From contig NC_058368.1 of the NCBI RefSeq assembly GCF_018350175.1, forward strand, positions 163,620,001 through 163,684,000: 64,000 nucleotides of DNA, read 5' to 3'. The notes under the pieces were generated by a model. The model made no database searches. It was not told where the DNA came from and saw only the letters and a program-made list of their open reading frames with translations. Each line of letters begins with the position of its first letter. Within the stretch, counting starts at the first letter, position 1. Of this stretch, positions 12,649 to 25,482 are shown piece by piece. Made by a program: the position numbers and the translations under genes. This DNA comes from Felis catus (lineage: Eukaryota).

Positions 12649-13735
12649 CCATCTGAGATTGTTAAAACTGTGTTTTCTACTTCTGATTGATGATCAAGTA
12701 GAAATAAAGTTTCTCTGAAATGACACGGCCACTCGGTTTTCCTTAGTATTTTATTTTCCAAAGTTTGATTTATCTGCGGCTTTCTAGAAACGTGGCCATT
12801 ATTTGTGGTACTTGGTGTCAGTAGGGTTTTCCAAACTATGTAATGTGATAATCGTGGTGAATAATACCAGCATTCATTGAGAATTGTTCTGCCATTTTTT
12901 ATACTATTCAGAAGTACAGTGTTTTAGGTATTGCAAAATAAAATAACTCTCAGAGCAATAGCTGATTAAACAATCAAAGTACATCTGATATTTTATATAA
13001 ATTCACTGTTAAAAATGACCTGATGTATTGGATTGGGGTTTATTTTTAAACTACAAAATGGTTTGCTCTAAACAATTCATTGGGTGTATGGGAGGAACAA
13101 CATTTACAACATTTGGGGAACTTTCCCTGAAGGCTCCCCATACCTTAAAAAGAAAAATTGGGTCTGATTGGAACCTTTGCAGAAAGGTTTTTGTCTTTCA
13201 TAAAAGTCCCTTAAACACAATTGAAAAAATTGTGGGCGTGAGGAGCTGAGTGCTTGTTTTAAATTAAATGATGGAAAATGTAAAGATTTAAATTTTCAGG
13301 TTGGGAACGTTTAGTGGATCCTTGGTAAATAAACTGTGTGTATTTTTATTTGCTTAATGTTGAGATCTGTATTTGATTTGGTTAATAGCACATCGAGGAA
13401 TAAACTTTGTGTGATTTGTGTGGAGTGCCTCATTTAGAGAAGTATTGTTTTCTGTTTGTTTCTTGTCTGAACCTTTTAGTAGTACGCCAGACTTTAATTT
13501 AACCTGCCTTTGAGTTCTTGAAGGCAGAGAAGTAGTAGTCATTTTATGCCTGCTCTGGAATGCTTTATAGACATAGATAAAAATCTGGCGGTTGTTCACT
13601 GGCTGTTCTTCAGGCCAGTGTTACTTCATGCTCCCTGAGCCTTCTAAAATGATCAGCGTGGCCCAGGATTCTGTGTCTTATACCTTTACAATCTGAGTCT
13701 GTTTGCTTTCAGGGGTGCGCAGACTGGTGCGTAAG

Positions 13736-14359
13736 ATGGAAGTAGATGTTAATGGAGAGTCCAGAAGTACCCTGGCCACCCTGCCCTTGCCTGTGGCGGA
13801 GGCGAGCTCCCCAGGAAAGGCAGAAGCAGAGAAGCCGCGCTGTTCCAGCACGCCATGCTCGCCGATGCGCCGGACTGTGTCGGGCTACCAGATCCTGCAC
13901 ATGGACTCTAACTATCTGGTGGGCTTCACAACTGGTGAGGAACTCCTGAAGTTAGCCCAGAAGTGCACAGGAGGTGAAGAGAGTAAGGGAGAAGCTGTGC
14001 CTTCCATGCGCTCCAAGCAGCTGGATGCAGGACTTGCACGTTCCTCTCGTTTGTATAAAACCAGAAGTAGGTACTACCAGCCATACGAGATTCCAGCGGT
14101 CAATGGCAGGAGGCGAAGGCGGATGCCCAGCTCGGGAGACAAGTGCACTAAATCTTTACCTTATGAACCTTACAAGGCCCTCCATGGGCCCCTGCCTCTT
14201 TGTCTTCTTAAAGGTAAGAGGGCTCACTCCAAATCTCTGGACTACCTCAATCTAGATAAAATGAACATCAAGGAGCCAGCCGACACCGAAGTGCTCCAGT
14301 ACCAGCTTCAACACCTAACCCTCAGAGGGGACCGTGTGTTTGCTAGGAATAACACATGA
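13736..14359 (+). CDS. MACIR: Macrophage immunometabolism regulator / UNC119-binding protein C5orf30 homolog, 207 aa, CDS in a single exon
   Basis: MEVDVNGESRSTL...RRTVSGYQILHMDSNYLVGFTTGEELLKLAQKC...NGRRRRRMPSSGDK...HSKSLDYLNLDK...RGDRVFARNNT recognised as C5orf30/MACIR; ATG in strong Kozak context (AAGATGG) 23 nt after a splice acceptor; TGA at 14357-14359. Confidence 0.96.
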   Translation: MEVDVNGESRSTLATLPLPVAEASSPGKAEAEKPRCSSTPCSPMRRTVSGYQILHMDSNYLVGFTTGEELLKLAQKCTGGEESKGEAVPSMRSKQLDAGLARSSRLYKTRSRYYQPYEIPAVNGRRRRRMPSSGDKCTKSLPYEPYKALHGPLPLCLLKGKRAHSKSLDYLNLDKMNIKEPADTEVLQYQLQHLTLRGDRVFARNNT

Positions 14360-14377
14360 ATGACTTACAGAGAGTGC

Positions 14378-14447
14378 AGACCAGTCTAGGCCAGCCTGCG
14401 CTTGGCGGGAAAAGACCAGTCTAGGCCAGCCTGCGCTTGGCGGGAAA
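14378..14447 (+). repeat. Perfect 2 x 35-bp tandem duplication in the MACIR 3'UTR
   Basis: AGACCAGTCTAGGCCAGCCTGCGCTTGGCGGGAAA at 14378-14412 and 14413-14447. Confidence 0.97.
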
Positions 14448-16202
14448 CCCACTGTTGTACTCTGTACAGGACTCTTCATGTTACAGATGGTTATATCAGC
14501 TCAGCGTTCCTGGAACAGAAAAATTGTTTGGATCAGATTTCAAATGCAGGGATGAAATCACAGGTACTTTGGGGGAGATCATTCTAGAGCACGCAACTGC
14601 AAAGAACACAGAATGTTGGCCGTTAGTCTGTATAGCTTTTTAGCTAGGAAAAAAAGCTTCGGGTACAGTAATACCATCTTTATGATTCTGACACTCAAAT
14701 TGGGAATGTTATATGCTTGGTTGTTGCTGACTTGGTATGATTCATTAGAAATTGATATCCTTAAGTACTCAAGTACTTCTCTAATCTCTGTATTTTATTA
14801 TAAAATGTATGTAATGATTTGTTTTACGAAATTTAGAACTTGAACATTGCTGAATTGGACCACTTTTTATTTTTAAATATTGAGTTTAAAGATTTTATAA
14901 CTGGTTTTGCACTGAAAAAAATAACATTTCAGATTGACAAGAGAATAATCTTTCTTCACTTGTCTCAATAATACTATTGAGCAATGAATTTTATTTCCGC
15001 ATGGAAAGTTATTGATCTCTATGGCTGTAAAATATTTCTTTATAGCATTATTAAAGTGTGTCTTAATACAATTAAATTTGGGATACAAAGTATTTATTTT
15101 ACAATGGGTGGGGGGAAGCTTTTCCAGAAAGTTTCCAATATAAAGTTTTCATAAGTTAAAAAAGTTTCCTTAGTGCTTACTTTCTAAGTTAAAATTCATC
15201 TGGAACTTTAAAATGGAAAGGATTCTTTTAATTGTGGATGATAGGCATAATACTGTTTGCATCTGAATGTTCTGTAAGTGAATGAAACTTTAATAGAAGG
15301 ACTCATGATTTCTACTATCGAATGCTTAAACTAAGTATGAAGTGATACCATTCAGCATGGCATTGGGTCATTCCAGTTTTAGTTCTGTGCAGCTCAAAGC
15401 GCTCATTGAAATTTCAGTTTCTAGGATTAGTGTGGGAGCCTAAAGGGCTTCTACAGTTTTAATGGGTTAATCCTGGATTACTTAACAATTTATGTCAATT
15501 GCACTGGTTTAATTTGTTGCTAAAGAAATAATGCCCTGGCTTTAGTAACAAATACAGCTCAACTATTCTTGAATATATTTTGAGGAAAATGTATGTAACT
15601 TAACCTTTTGTAAAAGTTTCTATTTTTTTTTTTCTTTTTTGACTCTTGAAGGTGCAATTTATTACCGAATTGGCATTTCTGGCAGCATAGAACTGCTTAT
15701 TTGAAATTTTATTTTGGAGACAGTTTCTTAGGTGTTAGCCATCTTGCTTATAAAATAAGAACACCTTTTATTAATGAGTGGGTCATTCCTGGTGCAGATA
15801 ATGACTTTTATTTAGCCAGAATGAATGGCTAACTCTATGTAGAGCAGAGTAAGTATTAGAAAACCCTAGGAACTCTTTAAATCAACATTTATTATACTTT
15901 CACTGAGGCAAATCATGTGAAAGAGCCTTGGGGAAGTTGACCCATATCTGAAGACTGTGTTGGTCAGATTTCTTGGTGGGCTGGAAATTTTCAGCTGTTG
16001 TATATTTTAAAGTAAATTGCACCTTTGTAACATATTGTATTGACGAATGATCACTAAGATTAACTATATCTATACAGTCATTAGTTTGACAAGAAATAGA
16101 ATCCTGTCAGATGCCAAAGAGTTGGGATTTTTACGTTTAATGATTAAACACCGTTATTTATTGATGATTTACCCTGTGGAACTGTATTATTTCTAACTAT
16201 GA

Positions 16203-16208
16203 AATAAA
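16203..16208 (+). terminator. MACIR polyadenylation signal AATAAA
   Basis: AATAAA with an upstream TGTA and a GT-rich downstream element (ttgttgtgtggtg, ~16228-16240). Confidence 0.8.
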
Positions 16209-19200
16209 AGGGTGATGTAAACACACATTGTTGTGTGGTGCTTTAAACAAGGTCCATCATCAGCAGGCTAGTTACTGTTCAAGAATTCCACCTAAGGACT
16301 TGTTTTTAGGCCCCATTTTTGTAAAAAAAAAAAAAAAATTTACTTTTGTAGCTCATTTGTATTACAGGGTAAAGGATATATTCATGGCAATGGTATGCAT
16401 TCAGTCCATGAGGAAACACAACTGGGTGCCTGTGACATCTGTCCCTGCTCGTGCACCTAAGTAATTTCTTGAGCTAAATAGAAATATGTAGCTCTTTCGT
16501 TTTGGTTTTAAAGACAAGTGAACCTCTGTGGCAAAAATGAAGGGGTCGGAAGTTTGAGATATGACATATTTGCAATGATCTGGTGAGTAAAGAGAAATAA
16601 TTTTCAGTTTGGTTGTAAGTTTTGAAAGTCTAGGTCTGTAGTTTACAGAGTGTGTTTGGAGAGCTCCTTTCGGTCTTGTTTTCTGTGCTCTCCATGATCT
16701 TGTGCTCCTAATGTAGGTTGTATCCCATCAAGAAAAAAGGGTAGGCTGGATCACTTTCAGCTGCAGGAAAAAAAAAATTCCATTTTCTATAGACTTTTCA
16801 CATGGTTTCTAATTTTGAACTCTTTATCCCCCCCCCCCATTTTTATTGAATTTAGTATTTTATACTAAACAGGGCTCCATTGGCCATAACACAACCTGCC
16901 TTTAAACAAATTGCCATCCTATATGGCTTTATTTATTTATTTTTTTCCTTTTTGGAAAAATACCATGTTTTAGAGGCTCAGCTGATGTAGCAGTGGAATT
17001 TCACTCTTTGCTCAAATCTGAGGTGAGCTGCTTTTGTGCCTCTGACTTCTACCTGGCTGTGTTTCCACCTCTGTTTCCAGGGCTCCTGTAGTCAGCAGTC
17101 AAGGAGGGAAAGACTTTTGGGGGTGGATTAAAATGTAAACTGGTTCAGAACCCCCAGATCTTCCAGACTCCGGCTCAGCTAGGCTACTGTTCCAGGCTAT
17201 TGCTCCTTATGTAATGCCCGTGTGTGTGTCTTTTTCCTTCCCTAACATAATTATTTAAGTGATTCTAATATTTGGGATTTGGGAAGCTTTTATAAGATTG
17301 TAAGTTAACTTACAAAAGCAAATTGGCCTTTAACTGAACAAAGAATGTTTCTTCAACTCTTGAGAAAAGCATTGGATTTTTACTTATTTTCTCATTCTAA
17401 CATACTTTTATCTTGGAAAGACTTTTATTTTGTTACAACCGTTGAAAACATTTTAAGGGAACTTTTAAATGACCCTGGCCTAAGTGATTTGTTCTAGGTC
17501 AAAGAAAGTGGGAGGAGAGGCTGTCAAGCAGTTTAAAGTGGCATAAATGCTTCGGAAGGGTTGGGGTGGAGAGAGCAAGGGTGCACGTTCTCATAATGCA
17601 GAGGGAACGGTGCGTATTAAGCAAAATTGCCTTTTTAAACAATATAATTTGATGAGGGAAGTGCAAATTGATGAAGATGGCCTTAGAAATAAAATAAATC
17701 CGATTATAAAACTAGAAGTGGAGATTGTCCCTGCTTGATGTGCTTTGCTTTTTGTAATATGCTTCTTTAGATAAGAATTATGAAATAGATTCTTTGATCT
17801 TTTACATTACAAAAAAAATTAAGGATTTTTCTGGCTGAGGCGAGCACTCCCAGGAACAAATCCAAAGAAGAATGGGGTTTGATATGTTATTTTGAGTTTG
17901 CTGAGCCCCTAGGACGTTTTTTTGCTCCTGTTGGGGGAGATGTTGAATTTATATTCTCAGCCATTGTGAAAAGACTTTGTGCAAGGTTTTATCAAATGAT
18001 TTCAGAGGAAAAGTCGGAAACCGAATCTCTTAATGTTGTTACCCCTGATCTTGGGGTTGTCTTTGATGTACAGATTTATGGGAAAGCACAGGATGAGGTG
18101 AATAGAGTTCTTTAAACGGAAAGATGCAGCATCTACTAGAATGAAAGAGAGTAGCTGCACCGTCAGTGGAGTCCTTAAGTGATCCTGGCTGGTGTCGCTT
18201 CTGGAACGAAGAGCTTTGATGCTTTTGCTTTTGTGGAAAAGCTATGGGCAAGACAAGGGAACACTGGGTCCGTCATGTTGACCTTTCAGTCTGATTCACC
18301 AGGAAGAGTATTCTTTACCAAACTTTTATATAAAAGGATACATAGCAATATATATCTGGAAGACTTTTGAATTCTCTATCCCTGGCCTAAAGCTTCAGTT
18401 AGAAAAGGAATTTAAGCAGTAAGAAGTTTTTGAACTTACTGAAATTGAGATTTTGGCTAAGTGCTTAGAGCTAGGATGGCAAATGCTGAGCATCCATGTC
18501 ACCATGCTCGTCACCAGTACATATGGCAGACATCACTAATCCATTAGTGCAGTCTCTCACTCAGTCCAGAGGTGGCCTCGTTATCTTTCCTAACCCAGCG
18601 CTTTAGGCAGCTGCTCCTGTATTGATCAGCATTACACAGGAGATAAAACCTGTTTCTTCACCACACCCTCACACCCCCACACCCCCTATAATAGGTTATA
18701 CTGTGAACTGGTAAATGGTCTGAATGTTTTTGAGTAGGAGGCTGTTCCAGGTCCTGTCTCCTCACCAGAGACCACAGGAGAACGGCCCATCCCTGTTACC
18801 ATCACCCACAGGGTGCCCACTGAACATATGCTGGCGCTCTGGTTACAAAAAGGCTTAAGATAGCTTTCACCTTCAAGGACCTGACTCTTATTGGGAGAGG
18901 AGAAGGGTAAGTAAGGTAGCCTAAGATGCATGCCAAGTAAGTGTTGTGTTGAATAAATATCAATTTAAGAAAGAGGAGCTGAAATCCTATGGGACTGAAA
19001 TCTGAGAAAGAACTATCTTGTTCTCATTCAGTAGCCTGGCCAATTTATTTTGGATATGCACACTTCATTGCTGATCTGTGTGGAAGGTGAAAAAAGAGAA
19101 AAAGAAAAAGTCTTCAGAGGGAAGTTTGGGGAAAGCAAAAGCTTAACAAAATAATTGAATCTAAGAAGGATCAGGGCATGGCAACAGTGTTCACTTGGTT

Positions 19201-19446
19201 ATCTCTACCTTTCTCCTTGGTTACTGACCTGCGTCCCAGAGGAGAAGAGGTAAGGTAGAGGATAGTTAACGGAAATAGTGGAATTGGGAGTCAGGGAAGG
19301 TGAGAGCTATGAGGGAATAAATAAATGGATATTTTAGTGATTTGTTTTCTCTTGCACTGCCCTTCATCCTGGCATAGGTGGGCTGGGGATTGATAGAAGG
19401 TTTGCTTTATTTAGGGTCAGAAGTACATGTAAAAATGTATATTCTT

Positions 19447-19650
19447 GGGGCACCTGGGTGGCTCAGGCGGTTAGGCATCTGGCTCTTGATTTTGTTTCAG
19501 ATCATGATCTCAGTCAGGGTCTGTGAGATTGAGCTCCCACATTGCATCCAGCTCTGTGCTGGCAGCACAGAGCCTGCTTGAGATTCTCTTTCTGCTCCTC
19601 CCCTGCTCGCACACGCTCACTCTATTTCAGAATAAAAAAAACATTAAAAA
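19447..19650 (+). mobile_element. CanSINE (older type)
   Basis: GGGGCACCTGGGTGGCTCAG head; TSD taaaaatgt(a/g)tattcttgg. Confidence 0.92.
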
Positions 19651-19892
19651 TAAAAATGTGTATTCTTGGCATAATTTATATAAGATATTGAACTATGTCA
19701 GAAGTGTTTTGCACAAGGAGTTTCCTCATATAGATCACCTTTTAATACAGCTAACTAGGACCCTGCGTTACTTGGTAGATTTCTGTATTTTACTTTCTAA
19801 TATTTACAAGATTTGAGTTTCGTTATTCTCAATGTTTCACATACAGATTTGGTGTCATGCTTCTATAATAAGTTACTAAATTTAAAAGGAAA

Positions 19893-20100
19893 TTTTTTTT
19901 TTTGTTTGTTAGAGAGAGAGAGAGTGCAAGCGAGCACAAGGCGGGAGAGGGACAGAGAAAGAGGGAGACACTGAATCGGACGCAGCCTCCAGGCTTTCAG
20001 CTGTGAACACCGACCCCACGAGGGGCTAGAACCCACGAACCCATGATCATGATCTGAGCCCAAGTTGGATGCTCAACCTCCTGAGCCAACCAGGTGCCTC
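19893..20100 (-). mobile_element. CanSINE (diverged)
   Basis: SINE body on the minus strand; TSD aaaaggaaa. Confidence 0.88.
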
Positions 20101-20345
20101 AAAAGGAAAATTTTAAGTTAGGTTATTTCTAGGATTGAATATTCTGTGGTAGGCCACATAAAGTAACTCACTGGTAGTTCAGAAAGATACCAAACATGAC
20201 AGATGGACTCTTTGTGGGGAAAAGGACATACACTACGTTTGGTGTAACATTGCCTAACTACACCCACCCTGAAATTCATTTTTTAAATATTTGCTTGATC
20301 AAGCCCTCAAAGTGAAATAGAGGAGGATTTTTTTTTCAGATTTTA

Positions 20346-20388
20346 CTTTTTTATTATTTTAAAAAAATTTTTTAAATATTTATTTATT

Positions 20389-20423
<35 letters not shown>

Positions 20424-20570
20424 GGGGGAGGGGCAGAGAGAGGGAGACACAGAATCAGAAGCAGGCTCCAGGCGCTGAGCTGTCAGTGCAGAGCCCGACA
20501 TGAGGCTTGAACCTCTGAACCATGGGATCGTGACCTGAGCCCTTAACCAATTGAGCCACCCAGGGGCCCC
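20346..20570 (-). mobile_element. CanSINE with a small internal deletion
   Basis: (GA)n, SINE body, TSD cagatttt. Confidence 0.9.
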
Positions 20571-20887
20571 CAGATTTTCATTAAATCGTAACTTGTTTTT
20601 TAAATTAAAAACAATTGTTAATGTTTATTTTTTATTTTTATTTTTGAAAGAGAGAAAGAAGGTGCAAACCTCTTTCTTAATAAACATAAGTTTAAGATCT
20701 TTTGAAGTGCGCAGAGGAGAAAGTTCCTAATTCCACGTTAAGTGTGGAGAAAGCTTCACATGGAAGCCCTGCTCGGGTGCCAACCATGAAGAGGATACTA
20801 ATCGTGAAGAGGGGTTTGCTAGTGGGGAGAATGCCTGTGTGGGGGTATAAAACTGGAAAGGCCTCCAGATTCATCCATTCTACTTTT

Positions 20888-21093
20888 CTTTTTTTCAAGT
20901 TTATTTATTTTGAGAGAGAGAGAATGGGGGAGGGGCAGAGAGAGAGGGGGAGAGAGAGAGAGAGGATCCCAAGCAGGCTCCATTCTGTCACCACATAGCC
21001 CTATGTGGGGCTCGAACCCCCAAACCATGAGATTGTGCGCTGAGCTGAAACCAAGAGTTGGGTACTTAACCGACTGAGCCACGCAGGATCCCC
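20888..21093 (-). mobile_element. CanSINE
   Basis: SINE body, TSD ccattctactttt. Confidence 0.92.
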
Positions 21094-22240
21094 CCATTCT
21101 ACTTTTTCTACTATCTAAACCAACCTGGACAGAAGCATGCCATGTATCTAAAAATGTCCAAGAAAGGAAATCATATTCAGTCACTACTGTATTTGACTCA
21201 TGTTTTCCGTTGACGAGTTCAGCAGTGAAATTTCAAGGCATGGTACTTAAACTGCCAAACAGAATTTTTCAATCAGCGTTTCTCCTAATCCAACCACTTT
21301 TTACCTTCATGTAACTACCCCAGCCTCTCTGACCCCATCTTTTGTGTGTCTCTGTCGGTCCAGAGTTTTCAGATTTTAGTTGTATCTGCGTCTGGAAGAG
21401 GAGTAAGTTTGGGGGTATGAAGAAGCCAGTTTCAGACTCTATTTGGGAGTGTAGCTGGAAACACTGGGCCCTGAGGGAAAGTCCAAGATGCTCCTGCTAC
21501 AGAGTCAGGCCGGTGAGAAGGGTGGGGAGGGAAGCCGGCTTTCCGTGCATCCACTGCTCTTGCCCTTCCTCAGTGCAGAACAGAACACGAACACTGCCAG
21601 CTCCAAAACTCACCCTTCACAAGTTCTTTTTAAAGCCTAGGGGACCTTGTTTGGGGAAACGGTGCTGGTTAGGCTCAGAGGTTTGAGACGAGTGGAACCC
21701 TGCCCTGGGCCGAATGATTTTGACTGCTGTAACCACTTTCAGAACTCGGGCCTGCAGACCTCTTTCTAGGACTTAAAAGGGCTGTTTGCTGGAGAAGGGG
21801 AGAGGAGCAGGTGGAAATGTCTGAGGGCTGTTGTTTTTTAAAACTAAGGCAATTTTTAATAGCCAATCATTTGTTTCTAAGTTCCCCTCTCGGCCTTAAG
21901 GAGCCAGCTGTAAATAAAATATTGAAAGAGCTAAAATGCTGGCCCTTCACATAATGTCCTATAGTTGCATTATTTTGATGCTGTGGTTTTAAAGATACCC
22001 ACCCTGGCTCTACCACTTATTTATAGGATACAGTTGATCATGACAGTTTCATTTTTTTTTTTATAAAATAGGTGTAATAATTTCTACTTTATAGTTCTTG
22101 GGAGAATTGGACATAATTCATATAAAATGTCTGTCACATAGTAATTGCTGAATAAAGTGCAACCAAATAAAAACCATCTTTGCAACATCTGAATTGCTGT
22201 CTTAATTTACCCCACAACTGCTTTAAGAAGGTTCTACACA

Positions 22241-22435
22241 GGAGCACTTGGGTGGCTCAGTTGGTTAAGCATCCGACTTTTGATTTGGGCTCAGGTCATG
22301 ATCTCACAGTTTATGAGATTCAGCCCTGTGTCAGGCTCTGCACTGACAGAATAGTGCCTGCTTGGGATTCTCTCTCCCTCTCTCTGCCCCTACCCTGCTT
22401 GCACGCTCTCTCTCAAATAAATAAACTTAAAAACA
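22241..22435 (+). mobile_element. CanSINE
   Basis: Head, body, A-tail; degenerate TSD aaggttctacaca/aagtttctagaca. Confidence 0.9.
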
Positions 22436-22694
22436 ATTTCTTAAGTTTCTAGACAGTAAAATAAAAGCACGACATTTAAAATTGACATATTTTGAATAAA
22501 ATATTATAAAATCTCAAATTGTGAGCTACGGGTAACTATATGTTGCCACTCACACTCAGCGAACTAGTGTTTTCTGAAGTGGGCTATTGACATTCCAAGT
22601 TATGCAAAGATCATGCACTTGCGTGTGGGAAGAAAATATTAGAGCTGCTTTAAAAATATTATTTATCTTCTCCTTTAAAACTTTTTTTTTTGTT

Positions 22695-22883
22695 GGGGCG
22701 CCTGGGTGGGTCAGTCGTTTGAGCATCCGGCTCTTGATTTCTGCTTAGGTCATGATCCCAGGGTCATGGGATTGAGACCCATAACGGGTTCCACACTGAG
22801 CATGGAGCCTGCTTGGGATTCTATCTCTCCCATTCCCTCTGCCCCTCTCCCCTACTGATGCTCTCTCTCTCTAAAATAAAAAA
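22695..22883 (+). mobile_element. CanSINE (older type)
   Basis: GGGGCGCCTGGGTGG head, (CT)n, A-tail. Confidence 0.9.
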
Positions 22884-25184
22884 TTGTATTTGTTGTATAT
22901 ATCATTTGTATAGTGTGCCAGTATAGTAGTAAATGCATAAATTATATAAATGTCTATTTATATAAGATATCAACTCAGTTTTTTAAACTTTTTTTTTTTT
23001 TTAACTTATGACCATAAGCGTTTGGAAATCACTGATCTAAGTGGCCATGTCCATTATAACATGAAGATTCTTGTCAAGTCCAATTTCTTAGAATTTTATC
23101 GCATTAAATGTTTGAACATGGGTTTGAGATTTAGCAAGATTAAAAAATAAGGACCATTTAAAAAAATGGTCAGTTTTATTTGGGCAGTATTTGGGCAGTA
23201 TTTATATGGGCAGTTTTATTTTATTCTTATTCTATATCTGTTTGCTAGTAATTTTCTATCCAGTGCAGTGTTTTTCAAGTTTTTTGGATTTGCTTTTTAG
23301 TTCCTAATTTGAGGAATTAATACAATTTGGGAAATAAAGGACACCAGAACGGAACCCATCTGTCTCAATAGGTTTCTGAAGTTTCTATTGTGAACCTTTT
23401 CCTGTGCACACATTATAGTTTTGGTTAGGGACTCCTGAACCATGCGGTGAAACATTTGCTGAATATCCCATTTGCAGAATCCATTTTTTGTGCCTCAAGT
23501 GAGGTCGTGTTCTTGGTCATGGGTTTTAGTCATGTCTTTTAAAGGCATGATACTGCCTTACCCTTCAGAACTTTCTGCTTCTTACCCCACAGTTCTTCCA
23601 GGTAGCCATCTCTGATCATTTGAAGACTTCTTTATCTTTTTCTTTTTTTTCAGAAGATTAGCAGAATTCCTGATCACATTTTCTGGCCCATGACTCCCAT
23701 ACAAAATATATCTTCCCAGAGGTCAGTTTCTCTTACACTGACAGGTAAATTGTGCATATGGTTACTCTCCTATCCTGGTTAAAAAGAAAAAAAAAAAAAA
23801 AGTAAAACCAGAGACTGTGTTGTGATACATTTTGTTGCCAGAATCTTTGGCAATGAAGGGGTAAATAACAATGACAGAAAGCGATTAGAAACTGGCTTCT
23901 TCCTCACTCCCCTGATTCTGCCACAACTAAGAGCTGGAGTTAACCCCACCCTCTCTAGCACAGGCGGCTGGTGCACGAGCAGTGAGTATGAAGTATCGGG
24001 TTGGGTGTGGTCCAAAGACCCACCTGCCCATAACCCACATATTGTTCTTTCCATCTTTAGGACCAGCTGGCTCTCATAGCTCCCATCAAACTATGCAGCA
24101 TAACATAGTCCTTCCCCACCAATTATTTGCTGTAGTTAACTTTGCTACAGTTAGTTACAGCTAACTTCCTGTAGGGCATACCTGTTACTTGTACTTAATA
24201 AGAATAGAGATCCATTTTCATCATTTCCTTTCTCTCCTTATGGAGAAGAAAATATTTACATGTACCATAACCTGCACGTTTACATCTCTTCGTTAGATTT
24301 GTTTGGCCATCATCTCAATGCCTGGTCTAGTTTCTAGTGTGTATTTTTGGTTTAAGGGTTGTTTTTGTTTTGCCTAGGGTAAATTGAGCACCCAGAGGGG
24401 AAATTTTCAATTATTTCTGCAGGAGTTTTCCTGAGTTGCTAACAATGCCCTTATTTGTTGTCTAGCCACTGCAAACTGACTTTGACAAGAACCGCTGAGA
24501 ATTTAGTTTGTCGTCTTTTTTCATATAAAAATATATTAGCCATCCTTTGATCTGTTTTCCAAAAATCTCTTATGACTGGTGCAGCTTACTTTTTCATAGC
24601 TTCTGAAGTAAAAACACATTTTTTTATGCACAACTGTAGATTCTTCATTTTGTAACAAAGCCTCAAATTATATTAGTTCTTCTCTAAGATTTTGTGATAT
24701 ATCTGAAAGATGGGCATACTGACAAAAACCTTAAAAATCAAATTTTATTTGGATGAAAATGGAAAGGCAAAAGAGCCTGTTTGGCTGAAATCTGCATTCA
24801 CAATACCTCTGTAGCTGCTAGTTTTAATAAAAACATCTGAAGCAATGGAAAATTGGGGTGGAGGAGGGTGAGTGTGTTATTGGACCTTTTTGAAATTACA
24901 GAAATTCTCAAAACATTTTGTACCTGAAGGCTTTTTAAAGTAGTGTTCCATTCCTGCAAATTGTGGTACATAATCGATGTTTATAATAACCCTGTGTGCA
25001 GTTGGTTGCTCCATAAAAATGTATACTAACAAGCATCTTTATGTGGGCTGTTTAATGAATGACTCCCCATTCACAGACTTGCATTCTGTACCTGGGGGGG
25101 TCTTATTGCCCTTTCTGAAGGCCTGCCCGATACATGGCATGCCTCATACTCATTCTATCAGTGTTTTGTTTTGAAATCAGTCAC

Positions 25185-25193
<9 letters not shown>

Positions 25194-25219
<26 letters not shown>
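25194..25219. repeat. (GT)n microsatellite
   Basis: About 13 units. Confidence 0.9.
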
Positions 25220-25225
<6 letters not shown>

Positions 25226-25277
25226 TCTCTCCCATCCCCCCCTGACAATTTCCTGGGTTAAGAGTGCATGGGCGTTT

Positions 25278-25482
25278 GGGGCACCTGGGTGGCTCAGTCA
25301 GTTAAGCATCCGAGTTTGGCTCAGGTCATGATCTTGCAGCTCCTGGGTTCAAGCTCCGTGTCGGGCTCTGTGCTGACAGCTCAGAGCCTGGAGCCTGCTT
25401 CCGATTCTGTGTGTCTCCCTCTTTCTGCCCCTCCCCTGCTCATGCTCTGCCTCTCTCAAAAATAAATAAACATTAAAAAAAA
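25278..25482 (+). mobile_element. CanSINE
   Basis: Full-length SINE body and A-tail. Confidence 0.92.

Larger units (their letters stand above)
13713..16226 (+). other. MACIR: MACIR terminal exon (23-nt 5'UTR + CDS + ~1.87-kb 3'UTR); 3' end approximate
   Basis: Acceptor tctgtttgctttcAG ending at 13712; AU-rich 3'UTR without recognisable interspersed repeats; AATAAA at 16203. Confidence 0.8.

Noticed and set aside
13703..13735. 218-aa ORF with N-terminal extension MLSGVRRLVRK
   Set aside because: It starts at a TTG inside the intron's pyrimidine tract; the true start is ATG 13736, and the predicted spliced leader has an in-frame stop
14360..14389. ATG immediately after the stop codon (MTYRECRPV*) as a readthrough product or downstream ORF
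   Set aside because: Only 9 codons, and the stop context TGA-A is not the TGA-CTAG readthrough motif
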